DNA of 64,000 bases from contig JAKMEY010000037.1 of assembly GCA_022425725.1 (NCBI GenBank), forward strand, positions 32,805-96,804, given 5' to 3'. Origin of the DNA: Ilumatobacteraceae bacterium. GTDB lineage: Bacteria > Actinomycetota > Acidimicrobiia > Acidimicrobiales > Ilumatobacteraceae. The position numbers and the translations under genes were made by a program. Of this stretch, positions 10,254 through 19,700 are shown one piece after another (position 1 is the first letter of the stretch; each line of letters opens with the position of its first letter). A model generated the notes under the pieces. It was not told the origin of the DNA, did no database searches, and saw nothing but the letters and a program-made list of their open reading frames with translations.

Positions 10254-10721
10254 CTAACCGCTGGCAATGTCGGCGAACGTGGCATCGGTGAGGAATGCAA
10301 GATCGTTTGGGCCGACCGCGACATCGAGGCCTCGCCGGCCACCGCTCACATAGATCTCATCGAACGACTGCGCAGTTTCATCGATGACGGTTGTCAGTCG
10401 TCGGCGCTGAGCAATTGGCGAGATTCCTCCAACCAGGTACCCGGTCGATCGCTCAGCCCGATCAGGGGGGCACATTTCTGTGCGCTTCGCACCAACGGCC
10501 TGCGCAAAGAGTTTCAGCGAGAGCTGCCCGCTGACCGGAACGACCGCGCACATTTCTTCTTCACCGGCAAGCACGATAAGGGTCTTAAACACCTGATCTG
10601 GGTCGAGTCCGAGCAGGTCTGCCGCCTCGAGACCGAAATTTGAATTTGCCGGGTCGTGGTCATATTCGCATAGCCGAAATGCGATCGACGTGCTCGTCAT
10701 CAGCTTCACCGCCGGCGTCAT
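10254..10721 (-). CDS. ybaK: Cys-tRNA(Pro)/Cys-tRNA(Cys) deacylase, YbaK/EbsC family
   Basis: 155 aa. ...VFKTLIV..., ...TGYLVGGISPIAQRRRL...IYVSGGRRGLDV... matches the YbaK trans-editing domain pattern. The start may be Met8 (10700). Confidence 0.8.
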   Translation of the reverse strand: MTPAVKLMTSTSIAFRLCEYDHDPANSNFGLEAADLLGLDPDQVFKTLIVLAGEEEMCAVVPVSGQLSLKLFAQAVGAKRTEMCPPDRAERSTGYLVGGISPIAQRRRLTTVIDETAQSFDEIYVSGGRRGLDVAVGPNDLAFLTDATFADIASG

Positions 10722-10762
10722 AGTCCGAGACTCCTCACACCAGCACGATACGGTCGAGGGTT

Positions 10763-11203
10763 GTGAGAATGTCTATCGAACCGCCTACCGACCGTTCGGC
10801 ATATGACTTCTCGCATCGCATTCGCGTTCGATTTGCTGAAACCGATGCAATGGGCATCGTTCACCACAGCAGATACCTCCCCTACCTCGAGGAAGCCCGG
10901 GTGGAATATCTCCGCCATATCGGCCACCCCTATCACGAGATTCGGGCGGAGGGCGTTGACATGGCGGTGCTGGAAGCAGGAGTGCAATATCGCCAGCCGT
11001 TGAAATTTGACGATGTGGTTGACGTGCACGTGGCAATGGGGCCGATCACTCGTGCCACCTTCCAGATGGTGTACCTACTCACCGTCGATGAGGTCGTCCA
11101 CTCGACGGGCATTACCGTTCACGGCGCAGTCACCCCTGAGGGACGCCCCACACGGCTACCCACCTGGCTGCGCGGTTTCTCAAACGAGGCTCCCGGCACG
11201 TAG
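10763..11203 (+). CDS. Hotdog-fold acyl-CoA thioesterase (4HBT/YbgC-like)
   Basis: 146 aa. FSHRIRVRFAETDAMGIVHHSRYLPYLEEARVEYLR is the 4HBT catalytic-Asp block. Start is the GTG at 10763 or the ATG at 10769. Confidence 0.75.
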   Translation: MRMSIEPPTDRSAYDFSHRIRVRFAETDAMGIVHHSRYLPYLEEARVEYLRHIGHPYHEIRAEGVDMAVLEAGVQYRQPLKFDDVVDVHVAMGPITRATFQMVYLLTVDEVVHSTGITVHGAVTPEGRPTRLPTWLRGFSNEAPGT

Positions 11204-11212
11204 CGTCTGGGT

Positions 11213-12268
11213 GTGCGTTCACCTAAAGACTTCTTCCGTCCGCTCGCCGTCGGCGCCCCTGAACCCGTTCGCGAGATTCCGTTTCGGCCTAGCCGAATGC
11301 TTCATTTCTTCCCGCCAAATAATGAGAAGATGCGCAGCAAAGTTCCGTCGCTCGTCGGCAAGGTCGATGTGCTCGTCGCCAACCTAGAAGACGGCGTCCC
11401 AATGGCAGAAAAAGATGCAGCCCGTGCCGGGCTCGTCGATGTCGCTCAGAATGTTGATTTCGGTTCAACGCAACTATGGACTCGGGTGAACAGTCTTGAT
11501 TCGCCATGGTGTCTCGCTGACATCCGTGCCGCCGTTATCGAAGCAGGGCATGCGGTCGACGTCATCATTCTGCCCAAGGTCGAAGGTGCCGAAGACATCC
11601 ATTACGCCGATCGACTGATTGCGCAGTTGGAGGCCGAAGCTGGACTCACCCGGCCGATCCTGCTGCACGCAATTTTGGAGACCGCTCGCGGTGTGGCAAA
11701 TGTAGAAGAAATCTGTCTGGCCTCACCACGCATGCAAGGACTCTCGCTCGGTCCGGCCGATCTCGCTGCGAACCGCCGCATGAAGACCACCCGAGTTGGT
11801 GGAGGACACCCCGACTACCTCGTGCGGTCTGATCCTGACCCTGACAACCCAGATGCTGACCGAGCAACATTCCAGCAGGACCTTTGGCACTACACGATCG
11901 CTCGTATGGTCGACGCATGCGTGATGGCTGGCATCTTGCCGTATTACGGACCATTCGGCGATATTCGTGACACCACTGCGTGCGCAGACCAGTTCCGCAA
12001 TGCCTATTTGCTTGGATGTGTTGGGGCGTGGAGCCTGCACCCTGACCAGATCGCCGTCGCCAAAGAAGTGTTCTCGCCATCGGCTGAACAAGTTTCCCAC
12101 GCCCGACGCGTGATCGACGCAATGGGTGACGGCACCGGCGCCATCATGCTTGACGGCAAGATGGAAGATGACGCATCGGTCAAGCAATGCCAGGTCGTCG
12201 TTCGCCTTGCCGAGCAACTCGCAGCAAGCGACCCTGAATTAGCTGCCCTTTATGAGATGGGATCTTGA
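11213..12268 (+). CDS. mcl: HpcH/CitE-family acyl-CoA lyase, malyl-CoA/beta-methylmalyl-CoA lyase-like
   Basis: 351 aa. ...FFRPLAVGAPEPVREIPFRPSRMLHFFPP..., NLEDGVP, PKVEG, GPADLAA and QQDLWHY...YGPFGDI resemble long-form (~350 aa) malyl-CoA lyases, judged from memory. GTG start. Confidence 0.75.
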   Translation: MRSPKDFFRPLAVGAPEPVREIPFRPSRMLHFFPPNNEKMRSKVPSLVGKVDVLVANLEDGVPMAEKDAARAGLVDVAQNVDFGSTQLWTRVNSLDSPWCLADIRAAVIEAGHAVDVIILPKVEGAEDIHYADRLIAQLEAEAGLTRPILLHAILETARGVANVEEICLASPRMQGLSLGPADLAANRRMKTTRVGGGHPDYLVRSDPDPDNPDADRATFQQDLWHYTIARMVDACVMAGILPYYGPFGDIRDTTACADQFRNAYLLGCVGAWSLHPDQIAVAKEVFSPSAEQVSHARRVIDAMGDGTGAIMLDGKMEDDASVKQCQVVVRLAEQLAASDPELAALYEMGS

Positions 12269-12269
12269 C

Positions 12270-13139
12270 ATGTCGTCATTACGACCACGCCGATCGGTTC
12301 TCTACATGCCTGCAGCAAACGAGCGAGCGCTTGAAAAGGCAAAGACCATTCCAGCCGACGCCATCATCTTCGATCTTGAGGACGCCGTCGCCCCTGATGC
12401 GAAGGAGGCAGCCCGTGAAAATGCGGTTGCTGCCGCCACCTCAGGTGACTACGGACGCCGAGAGCTGACGATTCGCTGCAACGGTCTTGACACGCCGTGG
12501 GGAGCAGCCGACATTGCAGCAGCTGCCGGGTCATCGGCTGCTGCCGTTGTCATTCCGAAGGTGACATCCACCGATCACCTCAACGAAGTCGATGCCCAAC
12601 TTCGAACAGCCGGCGCACCCAAAGACATGACGATCTGGGCGATGGTCGAAACCCCGACAGCGATCTTTGATATTCGATCGATTGCGGCTCACCCTCGGGT
12701 CAATGTGCTCGTCATGGGAACAAACGACCTCATCAAAGAGCTGCGCGCCGAACAACACACCGACCGGGCCCCGTTGATTCCCCACCTCGCAATGGCGCTT
12801 CTCGGAGCCCGAGAAGCCGACAAGGTCATTCTCGATGGCGTCTACAACGACGTGAAAAATCCCGAAGGGTTCCTCGCTGAAGCACAGCAAGGTCGGGCAT
12901 TTGGTTTCGATGGCAAAACCCTCATTCACCCGACCCAAGTTGAACCGGCAAATGATGTATGGGCCCCATCTGAGGCTGACATCGACTACTCACAGCGAGT
13001 GATCGAGGCGTTTGATGAAGCGGTGAGCGAAGGCCGTGGAGTGATCACCGTCGATGGTCGAATGATCGAAAACCTTCACGTCGACAATGCTCGACGGGTA
13101 CTTGCGACCGCCGCCGCAATCGCAGATCTCGACGGCTAG
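12270..13139 (+). CDS. CitE-like (citrate lyase beta / citryl-, malyl- or citramalyl-CoA lyase or thioesterase) protein
   Basis: MSSLRPRRSVLYMPAANERALEKA...DAIIFDLEDAVAP...ELTIRCNGLDTPWG...IPKV...GTNDL... are short-form CitE family blocks. The ATG at 12270 is 1 nt after the stop of the preceding gene. Confidence 0.7.
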   Translation: MSSLRPRRSVLYMPAANERALEKAKTIPADAIIFDLEDAVAPDAKEAARENAVAAATSGDYGRRELTIRCNGLDTPWGAADIAAAAGSSAAAVVIPKVTSTDHLNEVDAQLRTAGAPKDMTIWAMVETPTAIFDIRSIAAHPRVNVLVMGTNDLIKELRAEQHTDRAPLIPHLAMALLGAREADKVILDGVYNDVKNPEGFLAEAQQGRAFGFDGKTLIHPTQVEPANDVWAPSEADIDYSQRVIEAFDEAVSEGRGVITVDGRMIENLHVDNARRVLATAAAIADLDG

Positions 13140-14381
13140 TTACGACGCGCTGTCGCCTGAGAGGCGGCGACCGATCTCAACGATGCGTTCGGTCGTATTG
13201 TTCGCATCATCGCCCTGTTCTGCAAGCAGCATCGACCGGTCTTTCTCGGCCTCACGTTCCGCTCTCGCAGTATCAGCGCGAGCGATCGCCGCTTCGGTGC
13301 CGTGTTCGTGAATGAATTCGGCCCATTCGACAAGCGCTCCAACCATTTCATCTTCAGGTACGACGGCCACGTTTCGACCTTTGATGAACAGATGGCCCCG
13401 TTTATTTCCGGCGGCGATTCCAAGGTCGGCCTCTCGTGCTTCGCCCGGTCCGTTCACGACGCATCCCATCACCGCTACCTGCAACGGAAGTTGCCGCTCA
13501 CCAAAGGCCTCCATCGCTTTTTGAGCAACGTCGATGACATCAACTTCTGCTCGCCCACACGATGGACACGCAATGAGATCAACATTCTTTCGCTCGCGAA
13601 GCCCGAGTGCCTCAAGCAGTTGGCGGCCTGCACGGGCCTCCTCAACCGGGTCAGCCGTTAGTGAATACCGGATGGTGTCGCCAATACCCTCCATAAGAAG
13701 CGTCGAAATCCCTGCGGTGGCTTTGACCAGCCCTGCGGGTGGCGGGCCTGCTTCAGTTACTCCGAGATGCAACGGATGGTCGGTCACCTCTGCGAGTTGC
13801 CGGTAGGCCTCGACCATCAACGGGACGCTCGATGCCTTGACCGAAATCTTGACGAGATCAAAATCGACCTCTGCGAAATACTCAAGTTCTCTCTGCGCAG
13901 ACTCGACCATGGCCTCAGGCGTTGCTCCCCCATACTTCTCGTAAAGGTCAGGATCGAGTGATCCTGCATTAACGCCGACGCGAATCGGTACGCGCCGATC
14001 TCGACATTCACTCGCAACTGCCTTGATGTGCTCTGGTCGGCGAATGTTTCCCGGGTTGAGACGCAGCCCGTGCACTCCTGCATCTAACGCAGCAAGTGCC
14101 ATCTTGTATTGATGGTGGATGTCTGCAATCACCGGAATCGGTGAACGAGGAACGATCTGAGCGAGTCCGACCGCGGCCTCCGACTCGTTGCAGGTACACC
14201 GAACGATGTCGCATCCGGCTGCGGCGAGCGCATAGATCTGTTGCAGCGTTCCTTCAACATCAGCAGTTTTTGTCACCGTCATCGACTGCACCGTGATCGG
14301 TGAGTCACCGCCAACTGGGACACTGCCAACATTGATCACCCGAGATGGGCGACGCTCCCCTGACCATCCTTTGACTTCCAT
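13140..14381 (-). CDS. ispG: 4-hydroxy-3-methylbut-2-enyl diphosphate synthase
   Basis: RVINVGSVPVGGDSPITVQSMT, RCTCNE, SCPSCGR and GCVVNGPGEA are IspG/GcpE blocks. Start trimmed to the ATG at 14381, 10 nt downstream of the rseP stop. It carries a ~45-aa charged C-terminal tail. Confidence 0.95.
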   Translation of the reverse strand: MEVKGWSGERRPSRVINVGSVPVGGDSPITVQSMTVTKTADVEGTLQQIYALAAAGCDIVRCTCNESEAAVGLAQIVPRSPIPVIADIHHQYKMALAALDAGVHGLRLNPGNIRRPEHIKAVASECRDRRVPIRVGVNAGSLDPDLYEKYGGATPEAMVESAQRELEYFAEVDFDLVKISVKASSVPLMVEAYRQLAEVTDHPLHLGVTEAGPPPAGLVKATAGISTLLMEGIGDTIRYSLTADPVEEARAGRQLLEALGLRERKNVDLIACPSCGRAEVDVIDVAQKAMEAFGERQLPLQVAVMGCVVNGPGEAREADLGIAAGNKRGHLFIKGRNVAVVPEDEMVGALVEWAEFIHEHGTEAAIARADTARAEREAEKDRSMLLAEQGDDANNTTERIVEIGRRLSGDSAS

Positions 14382-14391
14382 CAGGTTCTCC

Positions 14392-15687
14392 TCACCGAAT
14401 CGGGTTGACGATGTCGAGGTACAGACCGGACATAAACATGAATGCAAGCATCGCTACCACCGCCATTGTCAAAGGAACAAGCCGGGCGACGTCGGCGTGA
14501 TATCTCGAGCGCGTCCGCCCCTCTCGAGCACGCTCGTACGTCGCAATCGCAGCATGACCACCGTCAAGTGGCAGGAGGGGGAACAGGTTGAACACCCCGA
14601 CAAAGACATTCAGAAACGCCAACAACTCGATAATGCCCGCGAAGCCTCCCGACTGGCCAACGTCATCACTCACCGCAGTGATGCCAACCAGTGTCGTCGG
14701 TCTCGTCATCGGATCGGCATTATCACCCGACAGGTGGGCAATGACGTTTGCAGGATTCAACACGGTGACGACACCCTTCACCGACATCCACATTTGATCG
14801 ACCATGGCCGTAACCGAATGCCACGGTGCTGACCACCATGCACGTTGCTCGAGCGCTACCGGCATCACCGTCGACACACCCAAAAACGATGACGTGCCGT
14901 CTCCGCCAACGAGTGCGTTCGAGCCGAGTGTGGTGGTCACCACCATTTCGACGCCTGCACGCTCAATCGCAATGTCAACTGCAGATCCTGGTTCAAATGA
15001 CCTCACCACATCACCGAGAGCACCATCGACCACCTCAAGACCGTCGACGCTCAAAATCACATCACCGGGCAACACGACGCCTGTGGCTGGCATCTCTTCG
15101 CCAACTGACATCACTTCAGCGCCCGGCAACACCACTGCCTCACCCCGGGTCGTGAAGACCGCTGACAGCAGCACCAGTGCCAACAAAAAGTGCATGAGCG
15201 AGCCCGCAGTGATGACGAGCATCCGCTTTGGATACGACTTCGACCGGTAGGTCTGTTCCTCGTCAGCATCGTCGACGTCGTCCATCATGTTCATGCCAAC
15301 GATGCGAACAAATGCCCCGAGAGGCAACGCCCGAACACCGAACTCGGTTGACCGATGATGCATGCTCCACACGCGTGGTCCGAAGCCCACAAAAAACTGG
15401 GTCACTTTCATTCCGCTCCAACGCGCCGTCGAGTAATGGCCGACCTCATGAAGCACGATGGAAAGCAACAGCCCAACTGCGAACACGAACCACCAAATGT
15501 TTGCGACCGCAAGGGCAACAAAAATCCCGATGAGCACGACGAGGCCGATGATGCCCGAGCCTTTCTCATCTGGCGGTCGCTCACCAACCGCCCCACCAGC
15601 AACTACCTCTGAGACGAAACGCGAAGGCGCAGTCGGTGCGGGCCACGCAGCAGGAGGCGATGACTCTGGTTTCAAGTGCTCAGACAT
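14392..15687 (-). CDS. rseP: Site-2 (RseP/Rip1-type, M50) intramembrane zinc metalloprotease
   Basis: 431 aa. HEVGHY (HEXXH) lies in a transmembrane segment, with a central PDZ-like segment and a C-terminal NLFPLLPLDGG motif. The position between dxr and ispG is as in other actinobacteria. Confidence 0.9.
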   Translation of the reverse strand: MSEHLKPESSPPAAWPAPTAPSRFVSEVVAGGAVGERPPDEKGSGIIGLVVLIGIFVALAVANIWWFVFAVGLLLSIVLHEVGHYSTARWSGMKVTQFFVGFGPRVWSMHHRSTEFGVRALPLGAFVRIVGMNMMDDVDDADEEQTYRSKSYPKRMLVITAGSLMHFLLALVLLSAVFTTRGEAVVLPGAEVMSVGEEMPATGVVLPGDVILSVDGLEVVDGALGDVVRSFEPGSAVDIAIERAGVEMVVTTTLGSNALVGGDGTSSFLGVSTVMPVALEQRAWWSAPWHSVTAMVDQMWMSVKGVVTVLNPANVIAHLSGDNADPMTRPTTLVGITAVSDDVGQSGGFAGIIELLAFLNVFVGVFNLFPLLPLDGGHAAIATYERAREGRTRSRYHADVARLVPLTMAVVAMLAFMFMSGLYLDIVNPIR

Positions 15688-15695
15688 GATTGCTC

Positions 15696-16856
15696 TTACG
15701 CAAGCATGCCACTGATCACACGCCTTGCGTCCTCACGAGCGCGACGATCGGCATCGATAACTTCGTCGACCGTTGATGGCTGTGAAAGCGATGTCGAGTC
15801 GAGTACCGCTGCGGAGACATCGTGTATCTGAGCCCATGTGATCTCTCCATCAATAAACGCATCAACGGCAATTTCGTTGGCTGCTGAGATCACCGCAGGC
15901 GCAGTGCCGCCTGCGCGCCCCGCGGCATAGGCAAGATCCAGACATTTGAAGGTACTCCGATCTGGTGGCTCGAAATTCAACTGCGAAAGTTGTGTCCAAT
16001 CAATCGTTCCGAACGGTATCCCGAGGCGGTGAGGCCACCCGAGCGCATACCCGATTGGAAGCCGCATGTCGGGCATCGACAATTGAGCGATCGTCGAACC
16101 ATCAGCGAATTCAACCATCGAGTGCACCACCGACTGCGGGTGGACCACCACGTCAATCTCATCGAATGGGGTACCAAAAAGTTCGTGCGCCTCAATGACC
16201 TCGAGGCCCTTATTCATCAACGTTGACGAATCGATCGTGATCTTTGGCCCCATCGACCACGTCGGATGACGTAGCGCCTCATCCACCGTCACATTCGCAA
16301 GCTCTGCCGCCGAACGGCCCCGAAACGGGCCGCCGCTTGCAGTGAGCACCAACCGAGAGACCTCTCGGTTGGTGTCGATCGACGAACGAAGGCATTGGTG
16401 CAGCGCACAATGTTCAGAATCGACCGGCACGAGTTCGGCACCGTCAACCTCACGCAACGGCTGCACCACGGGCCCAGCGGCAATCAGACTTTCTTTGTTG
16501 GCAAGTCCGAGTCGACGTCCGTTCGACAGTGTTGCCATCGTGACGGGAAGACCAGCAAAACCCACGACTCCGTTAATGACGACATCAGCAATGTCGCACA
16601 TCTCTGTCGCATCTGCCACAACCTCGATCTCACTCAGCCCCGAAAGTGCTTCGCTCACCTCGTTTCGCGCTGTGGGGTCAGCTACCGCAACAATCGCCGG
16701 CCTAAATGTCTTGGCCTGCTCGATAATGACCGCAGCTGAGCGTCCAGCCGAAAGGCCAACGACATCAAACGCATCGGGGTCAGCCGAAATGATCTCAAGG
16801 GTTTGGCCGCCAATCGAACCGGTAGAACCCGCGATTGCGACCCGAGTAGGAGCCAT
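15696..16856 (-). CDS. dxr: 1-deoxy-D-xylulose 5-phosphate reductoisomerase
   Basis: 386 aa. IAGSTGSIGGQTL, LANKESL, VDSEH and ILTASGGPFR-type blocks are present. Confidence 0.95.
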   Translation of the reverse strand: MAPTRVAIAGSTGSIGGQTLEIISADPDAFDVVGLSAGRSAAVIIEQAKTFRPAIVAVADPTARNEVSEALSGLSEIEVVADATEMCDIADVVINGVVGFAGLPVTMATLSNGRRLGLANKESLIAAGPVVQPLREVDGAELVPVDSEHCALHQCLRSSIDTNREVSRLVLTASGGPFRGRSAAELANVTVDEALRHPTWSMGPKITIDSSTLMNKGLEVIEAHELFGTPFDEIDVVVHPQSVVHSMVEFADGSTIAQLSMPDMRLPIGYALGWPHRLGIPFGTIDWTQLSQLNFEPPDRSTFKCLDLAYAAGRAGGTAPAVISAANEIAVDAFIDGEITWAQIHDVSAAVLDSTSLSQPSTVDEVIDADRRAREDARRVISGMLA

Positions 16857-16871
16857 CTTGGTAATTGGCTA

Positions 16872-18305
16872 TCAGCCAGCCCACGGCTCAAGAATCAGCG
16901 TCAAGTAGTAGACGATCGGCAGCGTCAGCAAGAAGCCATCAAAGCGGTCAAGAACCCCACCGTGGCCCTTCACCAATGATCCGAAATCTTTCACGCCAAG
17001 ATTCCGCTTGAACATCGACTCGACGAGATCTCCCATCGGGGCAAAAATCGAGACCACGATCGCGAGCAGCAGCAGATCACCTGTGCTGTCCCACGTGGTG
17101 TTCCATCCGCCGATACCAGCCACGATAAGCACCACGATTGTGAGTAACGCCCCACCGATAAAGCCTTCGACGGTCTTCCCGGGGGAAATCCATGAGCGTA
17201 GAGGTGTGCGGCCGGCTGCCGCACCAACGAACAGTGCACCAACATCATTCGCAACCACCGCGAGGGCGAGCATGAAGAGAGTGTCGGTACCGTTATCAGC
17301 CCGCAGCACCTCCCCAGTCGTCGAGAAACGAAGAATCAATCCGGCGTATGCACCGGCAAGCCCAACCCACACGATTGGCAACGTCGTAATCGACACATTC
17401 GGAAGCGGGCCGATATCGACTGACCGTGCCCCGATATAGGTGCCTGCAGTGGCGATGAATGCGAAGACAATGACGAGTGGGAGCGCACCGTCACCTTGCC
17501 AGTACGCAGCAATCGGTGCGATCACACATGCGACAATTCCAGGAACGACCGCTGGCCGGTAGCCCTTCTCGGTCACCTTGTCGTAGAACTCGACAGCGGC
17601 AAGTCCTAACACGACAGCCACGAGGACGAGAGCCGCCCAGGGGCGATAGACCAACGTCCCGACAAAAATCGCAACGAGCAAAATGCCGACCGCCGTTGCG
17701 ACCGGCAAATCGCGACCACTTGACGCCGGAGCGCCTGGTCGAGGGGCGGAGGCTTTTGACTTTCCAGCAGCACGTCGACGAGTACCGCCCGAATCTTCAC
17801 GAACCGCAGCCTGCGACTCTGACATCGGGCGATCCATTCCTGATGGGTCAGTTCCGATCACGATCCGGCTCTGCTGACCTGTGGAAGAACCCACCGAGTC
17901 TGCAGGTTCGTCGAATGTACCAACCGCTGGCGATTCACGCGTCGGCTCAGGGCTATCGCCCGGCTGCCACACGGGCTGCTCAGCGGTAAATGTCGCCCAC
18001 AGATCGTCTTCTGACCGACCGGTTGGCACATCATCGTCAAGTATTCCGAGATCATCATCGTCAAATGAGCGAACGGGTCCACGCTCTTCGGTATCTTCGG
18101 CCGACTCATCGGCACGAGAGATCCCGCCCGACGGCGCCTCAGTCCAATGCGGCAAAGGCCCTGACTCGTCGTCGAATGAAAACGTTGGTGTGGCCGGCCG
18201 GTCTTCTGATGTCGACTCGTCTTCTGATGTCGACTCGTTGTCTGACTTACGACGATCAGGGCCGTCAAACAACGAGCCTGAATCGCCCCACATGTCGTCA
18301 CTCAT
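16872..18305 (-). CDS. cdsA: Phosphatidate cytidylyltransferase with ~200-aa acidic N-terminal extension
   Basis: The C-terminal ~270 aa are polytopic and contain ...SMFKRNLGVKDFGSLVKGHGGVLDRFDG..., the CdsA signature. The N-terminal ~200 aa are D/E/S-rich low complexity. Confidence 0.85.
   Translation of the reverse strand: MSDDMWGDSGSLFDGPDRRKSDNESTSEDESTSEDRPATPTFSFDDESGPLPHWTEAPSGGISRADESAEDTEERGPVRSFDDDDLGILDDDVPTGRSEDDLWATFTAEQPVWQPGDSPEPTRESPAVGTFDEPADSVGSSTGQQSRIVIGTDPSGMDRPMSESQAAVREDSGGTRRRAAGKSKASAPRPGAPASSGRDLPVATAVGILLVAIFVGTLVYRPWAALVLVAVVLGLAAVEFYDKVTEKGYRPAVVPGIVACVIAPIAAYWQGDGALPLVIVFAFIATAGTYIGARSVDIGPLPNVSITTLPIVWVGLAGAYAGLILRFSTTGEVLRADNGTDTLFMLALAVVANDVGALFVGAAAGRTPLRSWISPGKTVEGFIGGALLTIVVLIVAGIGGWNTTWDSTGDLLLLAIVVSIFAPMGDLVESMFKRNLGVKDFGSLVKGHGGVLDRFDGFLLTLPIVYYLTLILEPWAG
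18201..18236. repeat. Exact 18-bp tandem duplication inside the cdsA N-terminal extension
   Basis: gtcttctgatgtcgactc occurs twice back to back (18201-18218 and 18219-18236), followed by a degenerate partial third copy. It encodes ESTSED-ESTSED on the minus strand. Confidence 0.9.
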
Positions 18306-18319
18306 CGTTCATCACCTCT

Positions 18320-18877
18320 CTAGACCTCGAGGAGCTCAGCTTCTTTACGGCCGAGTCCTTGGTCGATTCGCTCCACGTGCTCGTGGGTGTACTTATCAAG
18401 TTCTTTTTCTGCTCGATCAAGATCATCAGCAGAAATATCGCCGTCTTTCTCGGCTGCCTCGAGCGACTTCCGTGCATCACGTCGAATATTTCGAATGGCG
18501 ATTCGGCCATCTTCAGCCATATTTTTCGCCACTTTCACATAGTCGCGTCGGCGTTCTTCGGTGAGCGCTGGAAAATTGAGGCGAATGACGACGCCATCGT
18601 TGTTCGGTGCGACTCCCAGATCGCTTTCCCTAATCGATTTCTCGACTGCAGGAAGAGAAGCCCGGTCGTGAGGCTTGATCAGCAATTGGCGTGCCTCGGG
18701 AACTTGAATCGATGCCAGTTGCTGCAACGGAACGTGCGCTCCGTAGTACTCGACTTGCAACTGCTCGACGAGCGCAGGAGCGGCTCGGCCGGTGCGGACG
18801 GTAGCGAATTGTGATTGCACATGCAGCACGGCTTTTTCCATCTTGTCGATGGCTTCGAGAATGGTCTCGTCGATCAC
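18320..18877 (-). CDS. frr: Ribosome recycling factor
   Basis: VIDETILEAIDKMEKAVLHVQSQFATVRTGRAAPALVEQLQVEYYG... is colinear with Frr from its first residue. Start is the GTG at 18877 with AGGAGG immediately upstream. The longer ORF would overlap pyrH. Confidence 0.9.
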   Translation of the reverse strand: MIDETILEAIDKMEKAVLHVQSQFATVRTGRAAPALVEQLQVEYYGAHVPLQQLASIQVPEARQLLIKPHDRASLPAVEKSIRESDLGVAPNNDGVVIRLNFPALTEERRRDYVKVAKNMAEDGRIAIRNIRRDARKSLEAAEKDGDISADDLDRAEKELDKYTHEHVERIDQGLGRKEAELLEV

Positions 18878-18944
18878 CCTCCTAGCGTACCCACCCACTG
18901 CAGCCCGTTGGGGACAACAAGAAAATGTTACGGCGGCGTTCGAA

Positions 18945-19688
18945 TTAGACGTCGTGCACCATGGTGCCAACCGAGTCGCCGCACAGGATCGACCGGAGCG
19001 CTCCGGGTGCCGTCATATCGAACACGACAATCGGGATCGAATTATCACGGCAGAACGCAATAGCCGTCGCATCCATCACCTTGAGGTTCTTTGTCATAAC
19101 CTCCATGTAGCCAACCTCGTCGTACTTCACCGCCGACTCATCAACACGGGGATCTGCGTCGTACACGCCGTCAACACCTGAATGTGTTCCCTTCAACAGG
19201 GCATCAGCTTCAATTTCTGCCGCCCGCAATGCTGCGGCGGTGTCAGTGGTGAAAAACGGGTTTCCGGTACCAGCGGCAAAGATGACGACACGCCCCTTCT
19301 CGAGGTGGCGAACCGCACGACGACGAATGTACGCCTCAGCGATTCTCGGCATCTCGATCGCAGACTGCACACGGGATGGTTGCCCTTGGCGCTCAAGCGC
19401 GTCCTGAAGAGCCAGCGCGTTCATCACTGTGCCCAACATGCCGATGTGATCGCTCTGAGTGGCGTCCATGCCTTCCATTGCGCCGGTGCGGCCGCGCCAG
19501 AAGTTTCCGCCACCGACGACAACCGCGACATCAACACCAAGGTTCTGCCGAAGGTCAATGATCTCTCGAGCAGTCGCATCGAGGGTCGGGCCATCAAGTC
19601 CGCGACCCGATGGGCCGGCGAGTGCCTCACCTGAAGGCTTAAATACGATCCGTCGCCATCGTGGGGTGGTCGTCGAATCGTCGCTCAT
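18945..19688 (-). CDS. pyrH: UMP kinase
   Basis: 247 aa. [21 protein letters not shown] and [19 protein letters not shown] are PyrH blocks. Confidence 0.95.
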   Translation of the reverse strand: MSDDSTTTPRWRRIVFKPSGEALAGPSGRGLDGPTLDATAREIIDLRQNLGVDVAVVVGGGNFWRGRTGAMEGMDATQSDHIGMLGTVMNALALQDALERQGQPSRVQSAIEMPRIAEAYIRRRAVRHLEKGRVVIFAAGTGNPFFTTDTAAALRAAEIEADALLKGTHSGVDGVYDADPRVDESAVKYDEVGYMEVMTKNLKVMDATAIAFCRDNSIPIVVFDMTAPGALRSILCGDSVGTMVHDV

Positions 19689-19700
19689 ATGAGAATTATC

